Shown: positions 29,726 to 43,059 of the stretch, one piece after another | Numbering within the stretch: the stretch's first letter is position 1 | Layout: each line of letters starts with the position of its first letter | Source: Chrysomallon squamiferum | Taxonomy: Eukaryota; Animalia; Mollusca | NCBI GenBank assembly: GCA_012295275.1 | Contig: CM022675.1 | Coordinates: forward strand, 620,001-684,000 | Direction: 5' to 3' | Length of the DNA: 64,000 nucleotides | The notes under the pieces: generated by a model | What the model was told of the DNA's origin: nothing | Databases searched by the model: none | The model's input: only the letters and a program-made list of their open reading frames with translations | Position numbers and translations under genes: made by a program

Positions 29726-30084
29726 AGACATAATGCATATACTTGTGTAGTGTGAAAGAGATGGGTAACATGTAGGGAAATAGAAATTATTATTATTATT
29801 ATTATTTTTTTTTTTTTTTTTTATCATGAGCTGTATGGCCATAATCTTCAATATTATTACCTCTTAAATAGGATAAGACATCAACTGAATAAGAATTTTG
29901 ATAAATCAGTTTACATGAGTATTAATTTCAGTGTAAATATTTTTTCAATTCTATATTTATATATATATATACATATAAAATAAAATAAAATAAAAAATAA
30001 AAATTATCAAACGAAGATGTTTAAAAAAATATTTAGACCACAAAATAGATAGATAAATAAATAAATAAATAAATAAAATTAATT

Positions 30085-30993
30085 CTAAAATGGTTTACAA
30101 TAAGTATACGTTCCAGGTCCAGGTGTTGTGGAAAGATTAACATCATAATAAAATCTAAACCGCGACTCGAATAAATCTGGAAAACGCGTACTAATTTTAG
30201 TCACGTGATAATTAGCTCTAGCGGCGGACCTTAAAACCGGACACCAGAGCCGCACAACAGAAGGCGAACTAAAATCCAATCGATCGAAAGGAGTGACGTA
30301 GGGAGCCATAAGATCTCTTCTGTCTTCGTCGTCATTCACCCAGTCGTTGCGATAAAAGTACAACGTCTGTTCAGACTTCGACAGCGTGTTGAAATACTCC
30401 AGTTTCGGTGTGCGTGTCGTCTGCGCGGACGAGTAAAGACCGAGAAGGTTCTCGTCTGACAGCGAGCGACGCCTGGGCTGGTCGACCGCGCTGTCTGACG
30501 TAGCACACCACACGAAACCTCTTCTGTCTTTGAAGTGCATCAACGACGAGAGATGCTGAAAGAGAAGAGGGATGTTCTGTATAGGAATCGCCGCCTGGTG
30601 TTCTAGACCAGTCCTGAACTCCTCATACCACGTAATAAAAACATTAACATCAGTCGAGTCGAATGCCTTGAACGCAGTTCTCGCCTTCAGCCATTTGCGA
30701 AAAATGTCTAACGTTCCAGGATACACGTGACTATGATCGCTTGCCAGTGTTAGCATCTTGATGGCCGTCGCTTGACTGATGTATGCCTCCAAATCCACGT
30801 CGCTGCCAGTGATGTCGTTGTTGTCGTCGTCGTCATTGGTGCAGACTGTAGCACTGGACTCGTCTATGATGGTTAATTTCACGTAAAGAAGTTTGTCGAA
30901 AAGAGGTCGTTTCCGGAAAAAGTGTATGATTCTGTATTTAGTTGGCGGCCGTGTAACAGGGTCTTTTTGTTGTTTTGTTTCTTGCAGGGACAT
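30085..30993 (-). CDS. Uninterrupted 302-codon orphan ORF, function unknown
   Basis: A 909-nt open frame that is much more GC/CpG-rich than its flanks and encodes a complex, globular-looking protein. A strong acceptor (TTTTCAG) directly precedes the ATG at 30993. No family was recognised. Confidence 0.75.
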   Translation of the reverse strand: MSLQETKQQKDPVTRPPTKYRIIHFFRKRPLFDKLLYVKLTIIDESSATVCTNDDDDNNDITGSDVDLEAYISQATAIKMLTLASDHSHVYPGTLDIFRKWLKARTAFKAFDSTDVNVFITWYEEFRTGLEHQAAIPIQNIPLLFQHLSSLMHFKDRRGFVWCATSDSAVDQPRRRSLSDENLLGLYSSAQTTRTPKLEYFNTLSKSEQTLYFYRNDWVNDDEDRRDLMAPYVTPFDRLDFSSPSVVRLWCPVLRSAARANYHVTKISTRFPDLFESRFRFYYDVNLSTTPGPGTYTYCKPF

Positions 30994-31489
30994 CTGAAAA
31001 ATTATAATCATTTTAAAAACATTAAATAAATAAATTAAATAAATAAATAATTTTCAGACAGAGAAACAGACATTGTTGTTGTTGTTGTTGTTGTTGTTGT
31101 GTTGCTGCTACTGCTCTGCTGCTCCTGTTTCGATGTTGCTGCTTATGCTGATATAGTTTAAATTGGTATTATTTTTATATTTATATTGAAAATCTCTAAA
31201 TGGCTCGTATATAATTTAATTTGCACAGAGGTGTCGAAATATTCCTGTCAGACTGGGTGAATGCAGTTTAGATTATAACTTTTTGCAACGAATTTTTGTT
31301 TTTGCTGCTAATGCAGATATAAAAAGAATATAATACTAAATATTCGTTTGATAAATAAACCAGCATTTTCTAAACTATAAAATTATCTAGTTTTGTTTGT
31401 ACATATTCTAATAATATAGATAAAACAAAAATTTAAGTTTAAGATATTTATATATATATAAATTCTGTGACGAATTTTCGCGGCACTGA

Positions 31490-31620
31490 ATTAAAAAAGG
31501 CGGTAATTTTATTACGTTTGATTTAATTTTCAAGTCTGCACGCGAGCGTTCTGGTTATAAACGTCACGGGCATGCGCATTCGATCTTTACCCTATTGGCG
31601 TCTGATTTTGCTAGTATCGG
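31490..31620. promoter_or_regulatory. CpG-rich candidate promoter
   Basis: Local CpG cluster with an NRF1-like GCATGCGCA, ACGTCA and an inverted CCAAT (ATTGG). Confidence 0.35.
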
Positions 31621-31983
31621 TACAATCTCGTCTTTTTCTGGATTCAAAAAAACTTGTGTGAACGTTTCCAGTTCCTACACTGAAGTGTTATAACTCAAAC
31701 AGTCTGACAAACGATTTAAAAAACTGTAATACTGTAAATGCAGAACGTTTTAAAAGCAGAACATTTTTCAGATGACGTCATCAACTTGCCAAACAGAGAA
31801 TTTGTCCTGTGTTTGAAAAAAACTGAATGAATAGGAACTGTTTTTCTTATTTTAACGGAACAACAGGTAAATTTAATAATAATAATTTTAAAAATATATA
31901 ACTAAAAAAATGTCAGATTTCTATCAACCTATTGCTAAATGATATTTATTTGTTTTATTTACAGAAATATAGTTTATACTTAC

Positions 31984-32163
31984 ATCAAAATTTTTTTTCA
32001 AAGTTTTTCTGTACAAAGTGTAAAGACCAAAACCAGTAACTGCTAGGAGAGTTCCAACCATTACTCCTTTAGACTGGCGATCTATAACTATTGTTAACAT
32101 TTTAAAATCGTTTACTGACAAGACACGTAGCCTCATTGCAAGAGCGTTAGTGGCAGTCAGCAT
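31984..32163 (-). CDS. Candidate upstream coding exon (TM segment) for the 30085-30993 ORF
   Basis: 60 codons including VMVGTLLAVTGFGLYTLYRK, ending GAT|GTAAGT in phase 0, compatible with the phase-0 acceptor at 30993. Confidence 0.35.
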
Positions 32164-32907
32164 ATTTGTGACGTCATGGACACAAAAGATAAAACGGACT
32201 GCGAAAAAGTTGTCAGTTTAAATTTGACAGTTACCCAGAAATATTCATATGGTTTGTGGTGAATTATGAAAAAAATATTTAAAAATTCTTTTCTTTTCTT
32301 TAAATATTTATTTATTATATATATATGTATATATATATTAATTTTTACTTGTTTTTATTTATTTGTAATTTATAAATATTTTATTATTATTATTAATAAT
32401 TTTTGTTATTTTTTATCTATATGTATTCAAAATATCAAAACCTTTTTCTAAAATTGTTTCAGACACATCCTGTGGGGACAAAGAGGATAAGTAGGAAGTA
32501 TCTCAAACTACTACTACTACTTCAACTGCTATCATTACTATTACTAGCACTGCATCTACTGTTGCAACCCATCTACAACAACCTCTGATGCTACTACTAC
32601 TACCACAGGAACGATAACTCGTAACGGCACAAATAGCGTCTTCAAAAAAAAAAAAAAATGGCTCTGCATTCCTCCAAGTTAAAGGGTACAGACTACGCTT
32701 GAATGTTCTTTTCTGTTGGGTTCTGACACGGGGAACAGTGTCAACAAGAAAAGTTAATACATTAATCTTAAAACAAATTGTCATTTTCATTTATTATGCA
32801 CGCATTTGGTCAGAAATAATCAAGTTGAAAAAGTAGATAGGAAAGGTTCAGCACATCACAGTTTGGTAATATGAACAGCCGCCCTTACTTTTATTAGTAT
32901 AAATCAT

Positions 32908-32941
<34 letters not shown>

Positions 32942-33152
32942 CAGGAAACGGACGTAAAATTGTTGAATTTGGAAGTTTAAAACCCCGATGTGACGGTTTC
33001 CGAGCGTATACGGACATTTCCGATCGAAATTCAAGATGGCGTCATCCGACGTTGGTCAGTGTATTAACTATCTATTAAACACATTCTTTCATGATACAAT
33101 CAATTCTACATGGATTATTGACGTAATTTTTTATAATACGTCATATGCCTCG

Positions 33153-33237
<85 letters not shown>

Positions 33238-35494
33238 CCGTTATTGAGTAGAAGAAATTGTACGGTCGAAGCATGTTTTTTTTTTTTTATCTTTGACGTC
33301 ATACTATCTCATACCCATTTCGTACTATATTTATTTTCAAATATTATTACGACGTCGCCAGCAAAAAAGAAAAATAATTTTCACAAACATTGCGCGTTAT
33401 TGTGAAGCGATTATTTTCATTAGATTCCATGATGTGGACAGGTTACTCGGCAAAAAACTCCACAACGGACAGTTCTGAGTACGTTGTTGTCAAAACCTGT
33501 TTCCTTTTTCTTTTTTTAATAATATTTATTTCCATTTTCAATGCATTAGAGGTCATATTTACATGTAAAAAGCAAATTAATCGTGTGTTATTTGAATGAT
33601 TGCCCTGATACATTCATTATAATGCTTGATACCAGTTTTAGAACAGAAAACTGTAAAAATAAAAATAAAAGGTCCGCCAACAGTTTCATCTTGACGCCCC
33701 CCAACTGACGGTCGTGAAAATTTCTTATGTCAATTGTTTTTCAGTTTCATCCCTCAATAGTAAAAATTAATAATCGGCTTATTGACAGTTTGACTCCGCT
33801 CAAGAAATTTTCATATTTATTTATTTATTTATTTTTATTTATTCATTTATCATAATTTTTGTTTAATTTATTTTTTTTACATTTCCCATTATATTTTGAA
33901 GATTTCAAATACAATGGGTGGCACCCTCTTTCATGTGCCGCTCTGGGCCGACTACCCGAGTAGTATGTCCTGTCAGCTACTTCTACTGTTATTACCACTA
34001 CTACCACCACAGCTATTGATTTGCACGAACCCCGTGAATCACGTGACAAGGTACGCTAAAAATACGTGTTAATATAGAGCATGACGTCATAATGCCATAA
34101 TGTAATTTTAACAACGTTTATTAGTTTTTACTTATTTGATCACTATTTTATTATATTTATTTACTCCTTTGTTTATTTTTTTATATTTATTTTTTATTAA
34201 TTTAATTGTTATTATTATTATTATTATTATTTTTTTTTTTTTTTACCAGCTTTACTATTTACCATGGAAAATGAGAACAGAATAAAAGGTTCGGCTAACA
34301 AGAAAACTGACATCTCGAGAAATCTCGCGGGACACGAGAAAACGGCTGAACAACTTTAGTCTCCAACAGTTAAATCGTCTTTGTTTATATAATATACTAT
34401 GTCTTTTGTTTTATCTTTCTCTTACTACATACCATGAAGTAGTGGGTTTTTATTTTATGTACAAATTATTATTAACTTCATTTTTCAACTTTTCTTTTTC
34501 TTTTGAAAAATAGCTCATCATATCTGTATAAATTTTATACAATGCAGTATTTACATACAGTTCGAAAAACAAATAAGGTTATTACATCTGAAAACAATTC
34601 GATGCATTATATTTGTGTTCAGTTCAGATAATTAGTTATGTACTAATCTCATAGAAACATTATATGTCAATATATTTTATATGTTATAAAAAATATATAT
34701 ATACATCTTAATGTTGCTCTATAAATTAAACAGTCCAGACATACAATATTGTAAATCTTGAAAAAATAAATTTAAATTTATTTTTTTTTTTTAATAATGA
34801 TGAAACTATAACAGATCTTTTTCCAAATTCATCTGCTACATTTTTTTATTTTTTATTTTTATTTTTTTACGTATTTCTTTGCACACCAAAAATTTCTGAA
34901 TCCAGGCGCGTTTATTTTACAATAAAATTTTTCTCATACCAAATACTGTGTAAATAAAACCTCGATTTTGAACTTACGTGTCCTATAATCCAGTTAATAG
35001 ACTGGTAAAAGAAACAAAAAAAATGACAGACGTCTAACATTGACATTTTTTTTTTTTTTTTTTTTTCTTCAATCAACCTCATCATCATAAAACTGAAATT
35101 CTTATTACAACATTGCTTTCTTATTTCTTTGTAAAATGTACGTAATATGCATATTATAAACATCAGTCGTTAGTAAAGCCTGCAGACGCCATCTTAATTA
35201 GCAAACATCTTTTCATCTATATTTTTTTTTTTCTTGTTTTTGTTTTTGTTTTTTTGATGACAATTATTTACGTATAAACACCATAACATATGGCAAATAT
35301 TTTCCTTTTATTTATTTTTCTCTCAAAAGTTTTACTTTCCACAGTAAGAACTACTGAGCCCCGATACATTTATTTATTTATTTATATACAATAAAAGTCT
35401 TTCTTATTAAATTAATTTGTCCATATATACTCTGTAAGAGATTTGTAAATAATCTACATTCTGTAATCTTAAGTAATTTTATATTACATTACAT

Positions 35495-35538
<44 letters not shown>

Positions 35539-35559
35539 ATAATAGTATCTTTATCATTA

Positions 35560-37539
35560 TTATTTGAAATCCCTTCCTGATGTAGATGCTTTCATGTAAA
35601 TTACACTATTTTCCTGTTTTCAATTTTAGCTTTTAGTATATCTGTTTAACATAAGAAAATAACTAAAATATAATCTTTGAAATTGAAGACGAGACTTGAA
35701 TCCTCATACCACGTTATGAATACATTAACTCATTTTAGTATCCTTTTATTTTTGTATCTATTTGTTAGTTTTGTTTTGTTTTAGTCTTATTATTTCTGCT
35801 AAAATATAAAATATAAGCACTAAACAAAAATCGTAATTCTTTTAAATTATAGTGACAAACATCTAACGTTGATTTGATTTGATTTTGATTTTTGATTTTT
35901 TTTAATCAATGTCGTCAATTACAAACTGAAATTTTATTACATCATTTCATTGTTATATAATTTTGGTGTATTTTCTGGCATTTTTTATATAATACACATG
36001 TTATTAGAATTTTATAAATATCTGTTTTTAAAAATTTAGTGGTATCTTTTTCTCATTCATTTGTATCAGCATTTAAATGACACACTTCTTATATCTATGT
36101 CAATAAATATTTAAGATAGTGTATAATATGAAGTTTCGCATTTCTGTACAATATGAATGATTATATCTGAGTACAACATATATTACTACAATTGTTTACA
36201 ATAGCAGTTGTCTCATACGAGTACAGTACATATTAGATATATGCACAGATGTTTATTACATTTAAAAAAAAATTTAAATGTCCTTCCTAATATAGTTTCA
36301 GTATATTTTCAAGTAAATTATATTGTTACGTACTATTTTAATATATTCCTATTATATCTGGTTAACAGAGAGATTCTTTTTTCACACTGGAGTTGTTAAC
36401 AGCTATCAGGAAAGTCATCTGTATTCTGTATTAATATTTACATTGGTTTGTTGAATAACTAAAATATAATCTCTGAAATACGAGTCTTGAATAGTCGTGC
36501 CTGCAAAGCTACAACATTCAAACGAGTTCATACATTTCACTATCTTCATACTTTTCATCTGTCCCTGAAAATAAAGTCCCTCGTTTTTCATTCCTTTCGT
36601 CTTCAACAGAGCGGTGATCAGACTGTGCAGGAGCTTGGGTTTCACGCCGTGTTCCAAGCACCAACTGTTGAAGACGCAGAGAGACTGGCGAGGATTCAGA
36701 CGCTCTGAAACCTCCCGTATCAGCTCGAAGGCGTCCTTCTTATCTTGTTCTGCCTGGAGCATCTGGTGGAACAGCTTCTCCGTAAAGCTACAGTAGGTGA
36801 TTTCATTTTGTCGTCTCCGGATGCTTCCGAATCAGCTCGAGTAAGAACAGTAGTGTCTGCTCGTCTTTCTCGGCAGTCAGGTTCTTCGGCGGTACTGACT
36901 GCGACGACGTCTCTTCTTCAACGACGGAAGCATCGTCTTGGAACAGCCTTCTCCGGACTCATTTCTTTGGCGTTTTTCCGCATCCAGAGTCACAGTAATC
37001 AACAAACGATCCTCTCCCTCGTCCGAACTGTCTATAAAATGTTCTTCTACTCTCGTAGACGGCGTTCGTTTCTTCGTCTTCTGCGTCTTCTACGGGATGG
37101 TCCACTTTCTTCACAACTTTCTCAGCAAAGTCTTCATCTTGTTTAATTGCTGATGCTTCTCTTTGCCTCTGTAGGCGTGGACCAGTGGTTTCTCTTCGAC
37201 AGATCCTCTTCCATCATCGCATCCTTCACAGTGTGTAGAATTTCCACTCATCTCTCTCTTCTTCTTTGTCGAGCTGGTGCAGCTCGGGACGAGATACGCT
37301 GGATTACTCCAGATCTTACACGGGATTGTCCACTTTCTTCACAACAAACTGACTTCCTCTGGTTCACACAGGAAAGGAAACATTGTTACAAACATCACTG
37401 GTTTTAAAGCAGGATCAGGAAATGTCGCCAGCAACATTGTTCTACACGTCGTCTGGTGTCGGCCACGTAATCCACGACGTAAACAGAGAGCGAGATAAAT
37501 CACTTCGTCATTCCAGTATCCACTGGCAAAGTCTCACTC

Positions 37540-37600
<61 letters not shown>

Positions 37601-37687
37601 GCTCTGCTCTATACAAAATACAAATACCTAATAATAGTCACTTTTAACGGACATTTAATTTATTTCTACTAATATACACTGTAATAG

Positions 37688-37783
<96 letters not shown>

Positions 37784-37828
37784 TATATAGATATTTCTTC
37801 ATAGTATTCAAATTCATATTCTTATAAT

Positions 37829-37879
<51 letters not shown>

Positions 37880-39421
37880 TACAAATTTTATCTTCGTCTT
37901 TGATAGCATAATTTAAAAAAAAAAAAAAATCTTCCAGTTCACTTTTCTAAATTGAAACTGGCTAAAAGTGAAATTCTTATCACAATTAGATGTGTCTCCT
38001 TAGCCGTGTATGTAATATAGTTCTTACTGTAGCTTTATAAATATCGGATTTTAACAAAATCTGCAGAAGACATCTTAACAAATAAATATTTACTTGTCAT
38101 GTACTTGTAAAAAAAAATTTACAATCACTTCTTGTTTAGATTCCGGTTTCTTTTATGTAAATTTTATTGTTATACTTTTTTAAAAATATTTTCCTACTTT
38201 AAAGCTTACTTTTAATATATCTGTTAAACATGAGATTTTCTTTTTCACACTGGAATAGAACAGTATTTGGAAGGTCATCTGTATTCTGTATTAATGGATT
38301 TACATGGATCTTTTGAATAACTGAAATATAATCTTTGAAATTCAAGACGAGACTTGAATCGTCATACCACGTTATGAATACATTAACTCATTTTAATATT
38401 ATCATTTTATTCTTATTATTTAGTTAGTTAATTTTTTTTTTTTTTATTATTATTCTTACTGTTTTTGCTTAATTCTTCAACAATGTATAAAATGTATGTA
38501 TTGTACAAAAATCATAATTGTTATTGTCACAATGACAAACAAGCATTTATTTTTTTCTAAATCGATGTCTTCAGTCGCAAAATTGAAATTCTATTGCAGC
38601 ACTTTTAGGGGGGGGTCAGACATTTTTATATAATAAATGTTTTACTATAGTTTCACAAAGATCTGTCCTTAACGAATTCTGCAGGTGACATTTTAATTAG
38701 TAAACATTTTTTTTGCCATATATGTTACTTTTCTTTTTTTTTTCTTTTTTTCTTACAATCCGTTCCTGATGTAGATTCAGTACGCTTTCACATAAATGTC
38801 ATTGTTATTCTTTGTTTAATATCTTCATTGTTTTAAATTTGTGTACAAAAATCACGATTTTTTAATGTTATAACGACAAGCATCTAACGTTGACTTTTCT
38901 AAACTTCACTGGACAGAAGTGAAATTCTTGTCACAGTAATTTTTACTTTTCCTGACTTATTTGTAACGCAGGTTTTATCCGAGATTTGTAATTAACTGTT
39001 TAATTGTGTCTGCAACAGTAGAACCTACAATTTACAAATCATAGCAAGATATTTAGTTAAACTTCTGTTTATAAAGTGTACATTTAAACTCACAGGTTAC
39101 CTTTTTATGAAATATAATTATGAAGGCGTTTGACGTGAAAAAAAGATGCATTAGTAGATATTAATTACGTTGAGAATTTTACTTATTCATTGCTTGAGCA
39201 ATCGTTTTTTTTTTTCTTTTTTTTTTTTTTTGGCTTTAGAAAGGCAATTTTAAAACAAAATATTCATATCGTCTTCGGACATTTAAAATGTCACAACCCA
39301 AATCTCGCAAATCTCGTTGTCATAGATATTTTGTACAAAAATATATATCACTCTTCATTACAAACAACCAGCATGTGCCTCCTCTTGTAATAATATTATA
39401 CTACTATTATTGTTGTTGTTC

Positions 39422-39482
<61 letters not shown>

Positions 39483-41560
39483 ATTCAGTGATTAGTTTCT
39501 CTTGAGTTCATCCCTCAGTTTCCCTCTCTATCTTGTATTCCAAAACTAATAATGTCTTTTATGTGAAATATGATATATCTTCTTATCTTATTCTTATTCT
39601 GTTGTTTCATATAGAACATCATCTCGTGACTATTTGATGTCGGTAGATAAATATTTGACATTCAATAGTACATAGTAGAATAATGTAGATTATTTATTCA
39701 GTTATATTTTTCAAATTATCTCATTAGATAAATTACTCGACATTTAATAGTTGATAATAGAAAATGAATGTGTTCTAATGTTAAACAAATATTTGGTAGC
39801 TCATTAGAGTTATTTAAAGGAACAATGAGCCGGTGTTTGAGATAAATTGAATATGGTTGAAAATGTTTATTCAAAGTTATAATTACTAAACAATTTGGCT
39901 TTTGAAAAACATTTCACTGGTTTTTCGTTTTTTTTTTTCTTTTTCCTTCTTTATATATTTATTCATATCATTCATATTCATATTCATTTTATTTTATTTT
40001 ATTTTATTTTATTTTTTTTTTTTTTTTTTTATCTTCGTCTGCTGCATCAAAAACATAAGAATGTATATTTATGGTTATGACAAACACGTGACATTCACTT
40101 TTCTAAATCGATGTCTTCACTGGCTGAAAGTGAAAGTCTTATCACAACTAGATATCCATGTTCTCATCCGCTTCTACGATTTGTATGTAATATAGTTCTT
40201 ACTGCAGCTTTATCTAAATTATTAAACTTTTTTTTTTTTTTTTTTTTTCTCTCTGTGCACATTCATGCCTAATGCACATCGTATTAGATTTCTGTCAGGT
40301 TTTTATATAACTTTTTTTGTATTTAGAGCAGCAGAATTACAATTCACGAATTTTATCAACATATTCATTTAAACCTCTCATTATAGGATGTGGATCTAAA
40401 CTGCAAAATGCAATTCGCAAAAGTAATCTATATTATGTGTTTATATTTACTTCAATAACTAAAATATAATTCTTGAAATTCAAGACGAGTCTTGAATCTT
40501 CACATTACGTCATGAATACATTAACTATTCTAGTATTATCATTACATTTTCGTATATGTATTTACTTAGTTACTTTTTTTATATATATATTGTTATTATT
40601 TTTATCTAATTCTGCATCTGTATAAAATGTATATGTTGTACAAATATCGTAATCCTTACTGTAATAAGGACAAATTTCTAACGGTGATTTTTCTAAATCG
40701 ATGTCTTCACTGATCAAAAGTGAAATTCTTACAACAGTATTTGTTATTCGACCTGACATTTATTTCTAACGCAGGTCTAAACTGTAAGATTATCTAAACA
40801 TTTATGACAAATAATAATAAAAACTTTTGACGTGTAATAAAATGAATTAGTAAAAAATAAATTCCTTTGAGAATCTTATGTAATCATTACTTGCGCTATC
40901 GTTTCCTTTCTTCAGTCGAGGGAAAGGCGATATTTTTTTGGAGACATTTTTTTTTTTTTTTTCATTTTAGCACGTTTAAGAATTTCACAGCCAGTATGAT
41001 GCAGAGAATTCCTGCGATAGATGTTTTGTAGAAAAGAGTATCACTGTTAATTTTTAAGGTGCATGGTAATATGACTTCTTGCATTATTATTATTATTGTT
41101 GTTGTTATTATTATTATTAGTATTATTAGTAGTATTAGTATTATTATATGATTAGTTTTTCTTGAATTAATCCCGCAATTTTCCTTTCTGTCCAATATTC
41201 CAAACTAACAATGTCTTTTATGTGGAATATGACAGTTAAAATGTATCATGTTAGTTTGTTATTTCATGTCAAACAGCTCCTTTTAATTTAATATCATTAG
41301 ATAAATGTTTGACATTCAGCTGATAGTGGAAAGTTAATGTGTAGTATATACAAATTATCTCATTAGATACCAATGTATTAAAAAAAAAACAATCATGATT
41401 CTTCTTCACGTGATTGAAACACGTGACTTTCACTTTTCTAAATCGAAGTCTTCACTATGAAAAAGTGAAATCCTTATCACAACTTTAATTCACTGTTCAC
41501 ATCATGTCTAGCAGTAATACAGTTCTTACTGGAGCTTTAGGTAAATTATTAAATTTCATT
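35560..41560. repeat. Old degenerate modular/segmental repeat array
   Basis: ttttctaaatcgatgtcttcactg..aaagtgaaattctt recurs near 35900, 37945, 38550, 38895, 40100, 40690 and 41435. aaatataat..tgaaattcaagacgag.cttgaatc..tgaatacattaact recurs near 35670, 36465, 38325 and 40460. Segment 38900-40200 resembles 40700-41550. Confidence 0.8.
36500..37535 (-). pseudogene. Decayed endogenous viral element, SF3 helicase (parvovirus/densovirus NS1 or papillomavirus E1-like)
   Basis: GC/CpG-rich island. Reading through stops and frameshifts gives ..DSGCGKTPKK*VRRRLFQDD..LLFLLELIRKHP/..FNSWCLEHGVKPKLLHSLITALLKTKGMKNEGLYFQGQMKS. This resembles the SF3 pre-Walker A segment (F..W...QG....F...L..LL....KKN.LYFxGPSNxGKS), with the Walker A motif eroded and the sequence truncated afterwards. 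Confidence 0.6.
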
Positions 41561-41882
41561 ATGTTCATTGGCTATGCGTACAATATCATTAAGCCCTTCA
41601 AACATTAAGAGGTGGCTTTATATTATTAATTTATGAGAATATTTTTGTATACTATATTATCTGAATATATTATAAATTGTATTAATATTATAATTGTCTG
41701 TTTTCTGTCACAGTAACAAAAGTGAAAATATATTTCATTTCTCTGCTAAGGAGTGTGTCTTTTTAACAAAATTAATAATTTTAAATATATATATATATTT
41801 TTTTTTTTTTTTTGTTATACCCATTGTTGTGTGTTTTAAACAATGTTTTTATATATAAGTAAAGATAAATAGATAGATAGAC

Positions 41883-41917
<35 letters not shown>

Positions 41918-42021
41918 TAGGTAGATATACCAAATATCTTAGGTCCAAACGTAAGCTAAATGAAGAATCTATCTTTCTTTTGTATTTTTTTTAATTATTA
42001 TTATATTTTTTTTTTTATTAT

Positions 42022-42056
<35 letters not shown>

Positions 42057-42209
42057 CATTTCGTATCTTCTTTTTAAAATTTTTCTCTCTCTCGATTGTG
42101 AAACTCCTGGATGTTGTATATTTGCCAGAGATTAATAATTAATTAATTAACTATTTAATAACCAAATCAGGATTCTCATATCACATTGAGATTATCACTC
42201 CAGTCCTCA

Positions 42210-42365
42210 TCATAGATTATTACATTTGTGACAACATTGATAATTACATTTGCGTACATTATAGATTATATATTTGTGTAGAACTTAGATTATTACATTT
42301 GCGTACATTATAGATTATATATTTGTGTAGAACATAGATTATTACATTTGCGTACAATGTAGATT
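42210..42365. repeat. ~24/49-bp tandem repeat (atagattattacatttgcgtacatt)
   Basis: About 6 visible subunits. Confidence 0.75.
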
Positions 42366-43059
42366 CGAGCAGTTTAGGACAATTCTATTTACTGCGAGTG
42401 TAACAGCATTGTTTTTGTATACATTTCTAACTTTTCCTTTATTTACAATATTAACATTTTATCTACAGAATCTTGCACCTATAAAATAATCGTTTTTACT
42501 AACTATATATATTTATATATATATATATATATATTGTATAAAGGTAAACATTACCAGATTTTCGGTAGTAATCAAGCATTAATTATATTTAAAATAAATC
42601 TTATGTGCTGTACAACAAAATAGTTCTGTTTTTATTTTTATTTCGAGTTTTTGTGACACTGAATTCGACAAACTCAGACAAAACCTAAGTAACACGAGAA
42701 ACGAACAATAACACTAACAGCCTTAAAATTATTTGAATTTACTGTATGTTATTTTATTTTATTGGTTGTTTATTTATTTGCTGCCTTATTATTATTATTA
42801 TCATCATCATATGTATCATTGTTTATTTATTTATTTAGTTATTTTATGTTGGTAAGTTATTTGTTTTATTTTATTTTTATTAAACCAAGACCAGTCTGTG
42901 AATCCTTTTCTGATCAACGTTACCTTTGTTAACGGTATCCCTGTTTGATTTAGATAATTATACCTGATCAGATACGTTGTTTTTTACTAAAGCCACAGTT
43001 GTCTGATTTACTAAAAGTATCCCATATCTTACTTACGTATACCTGCTATAAATATAACA

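Noticed and set aside
36745-37498. Plus-strand ORFs over the GC-rich island
   Set aside because: Antisense shadows of the minus-strand helicase-like pseudogene
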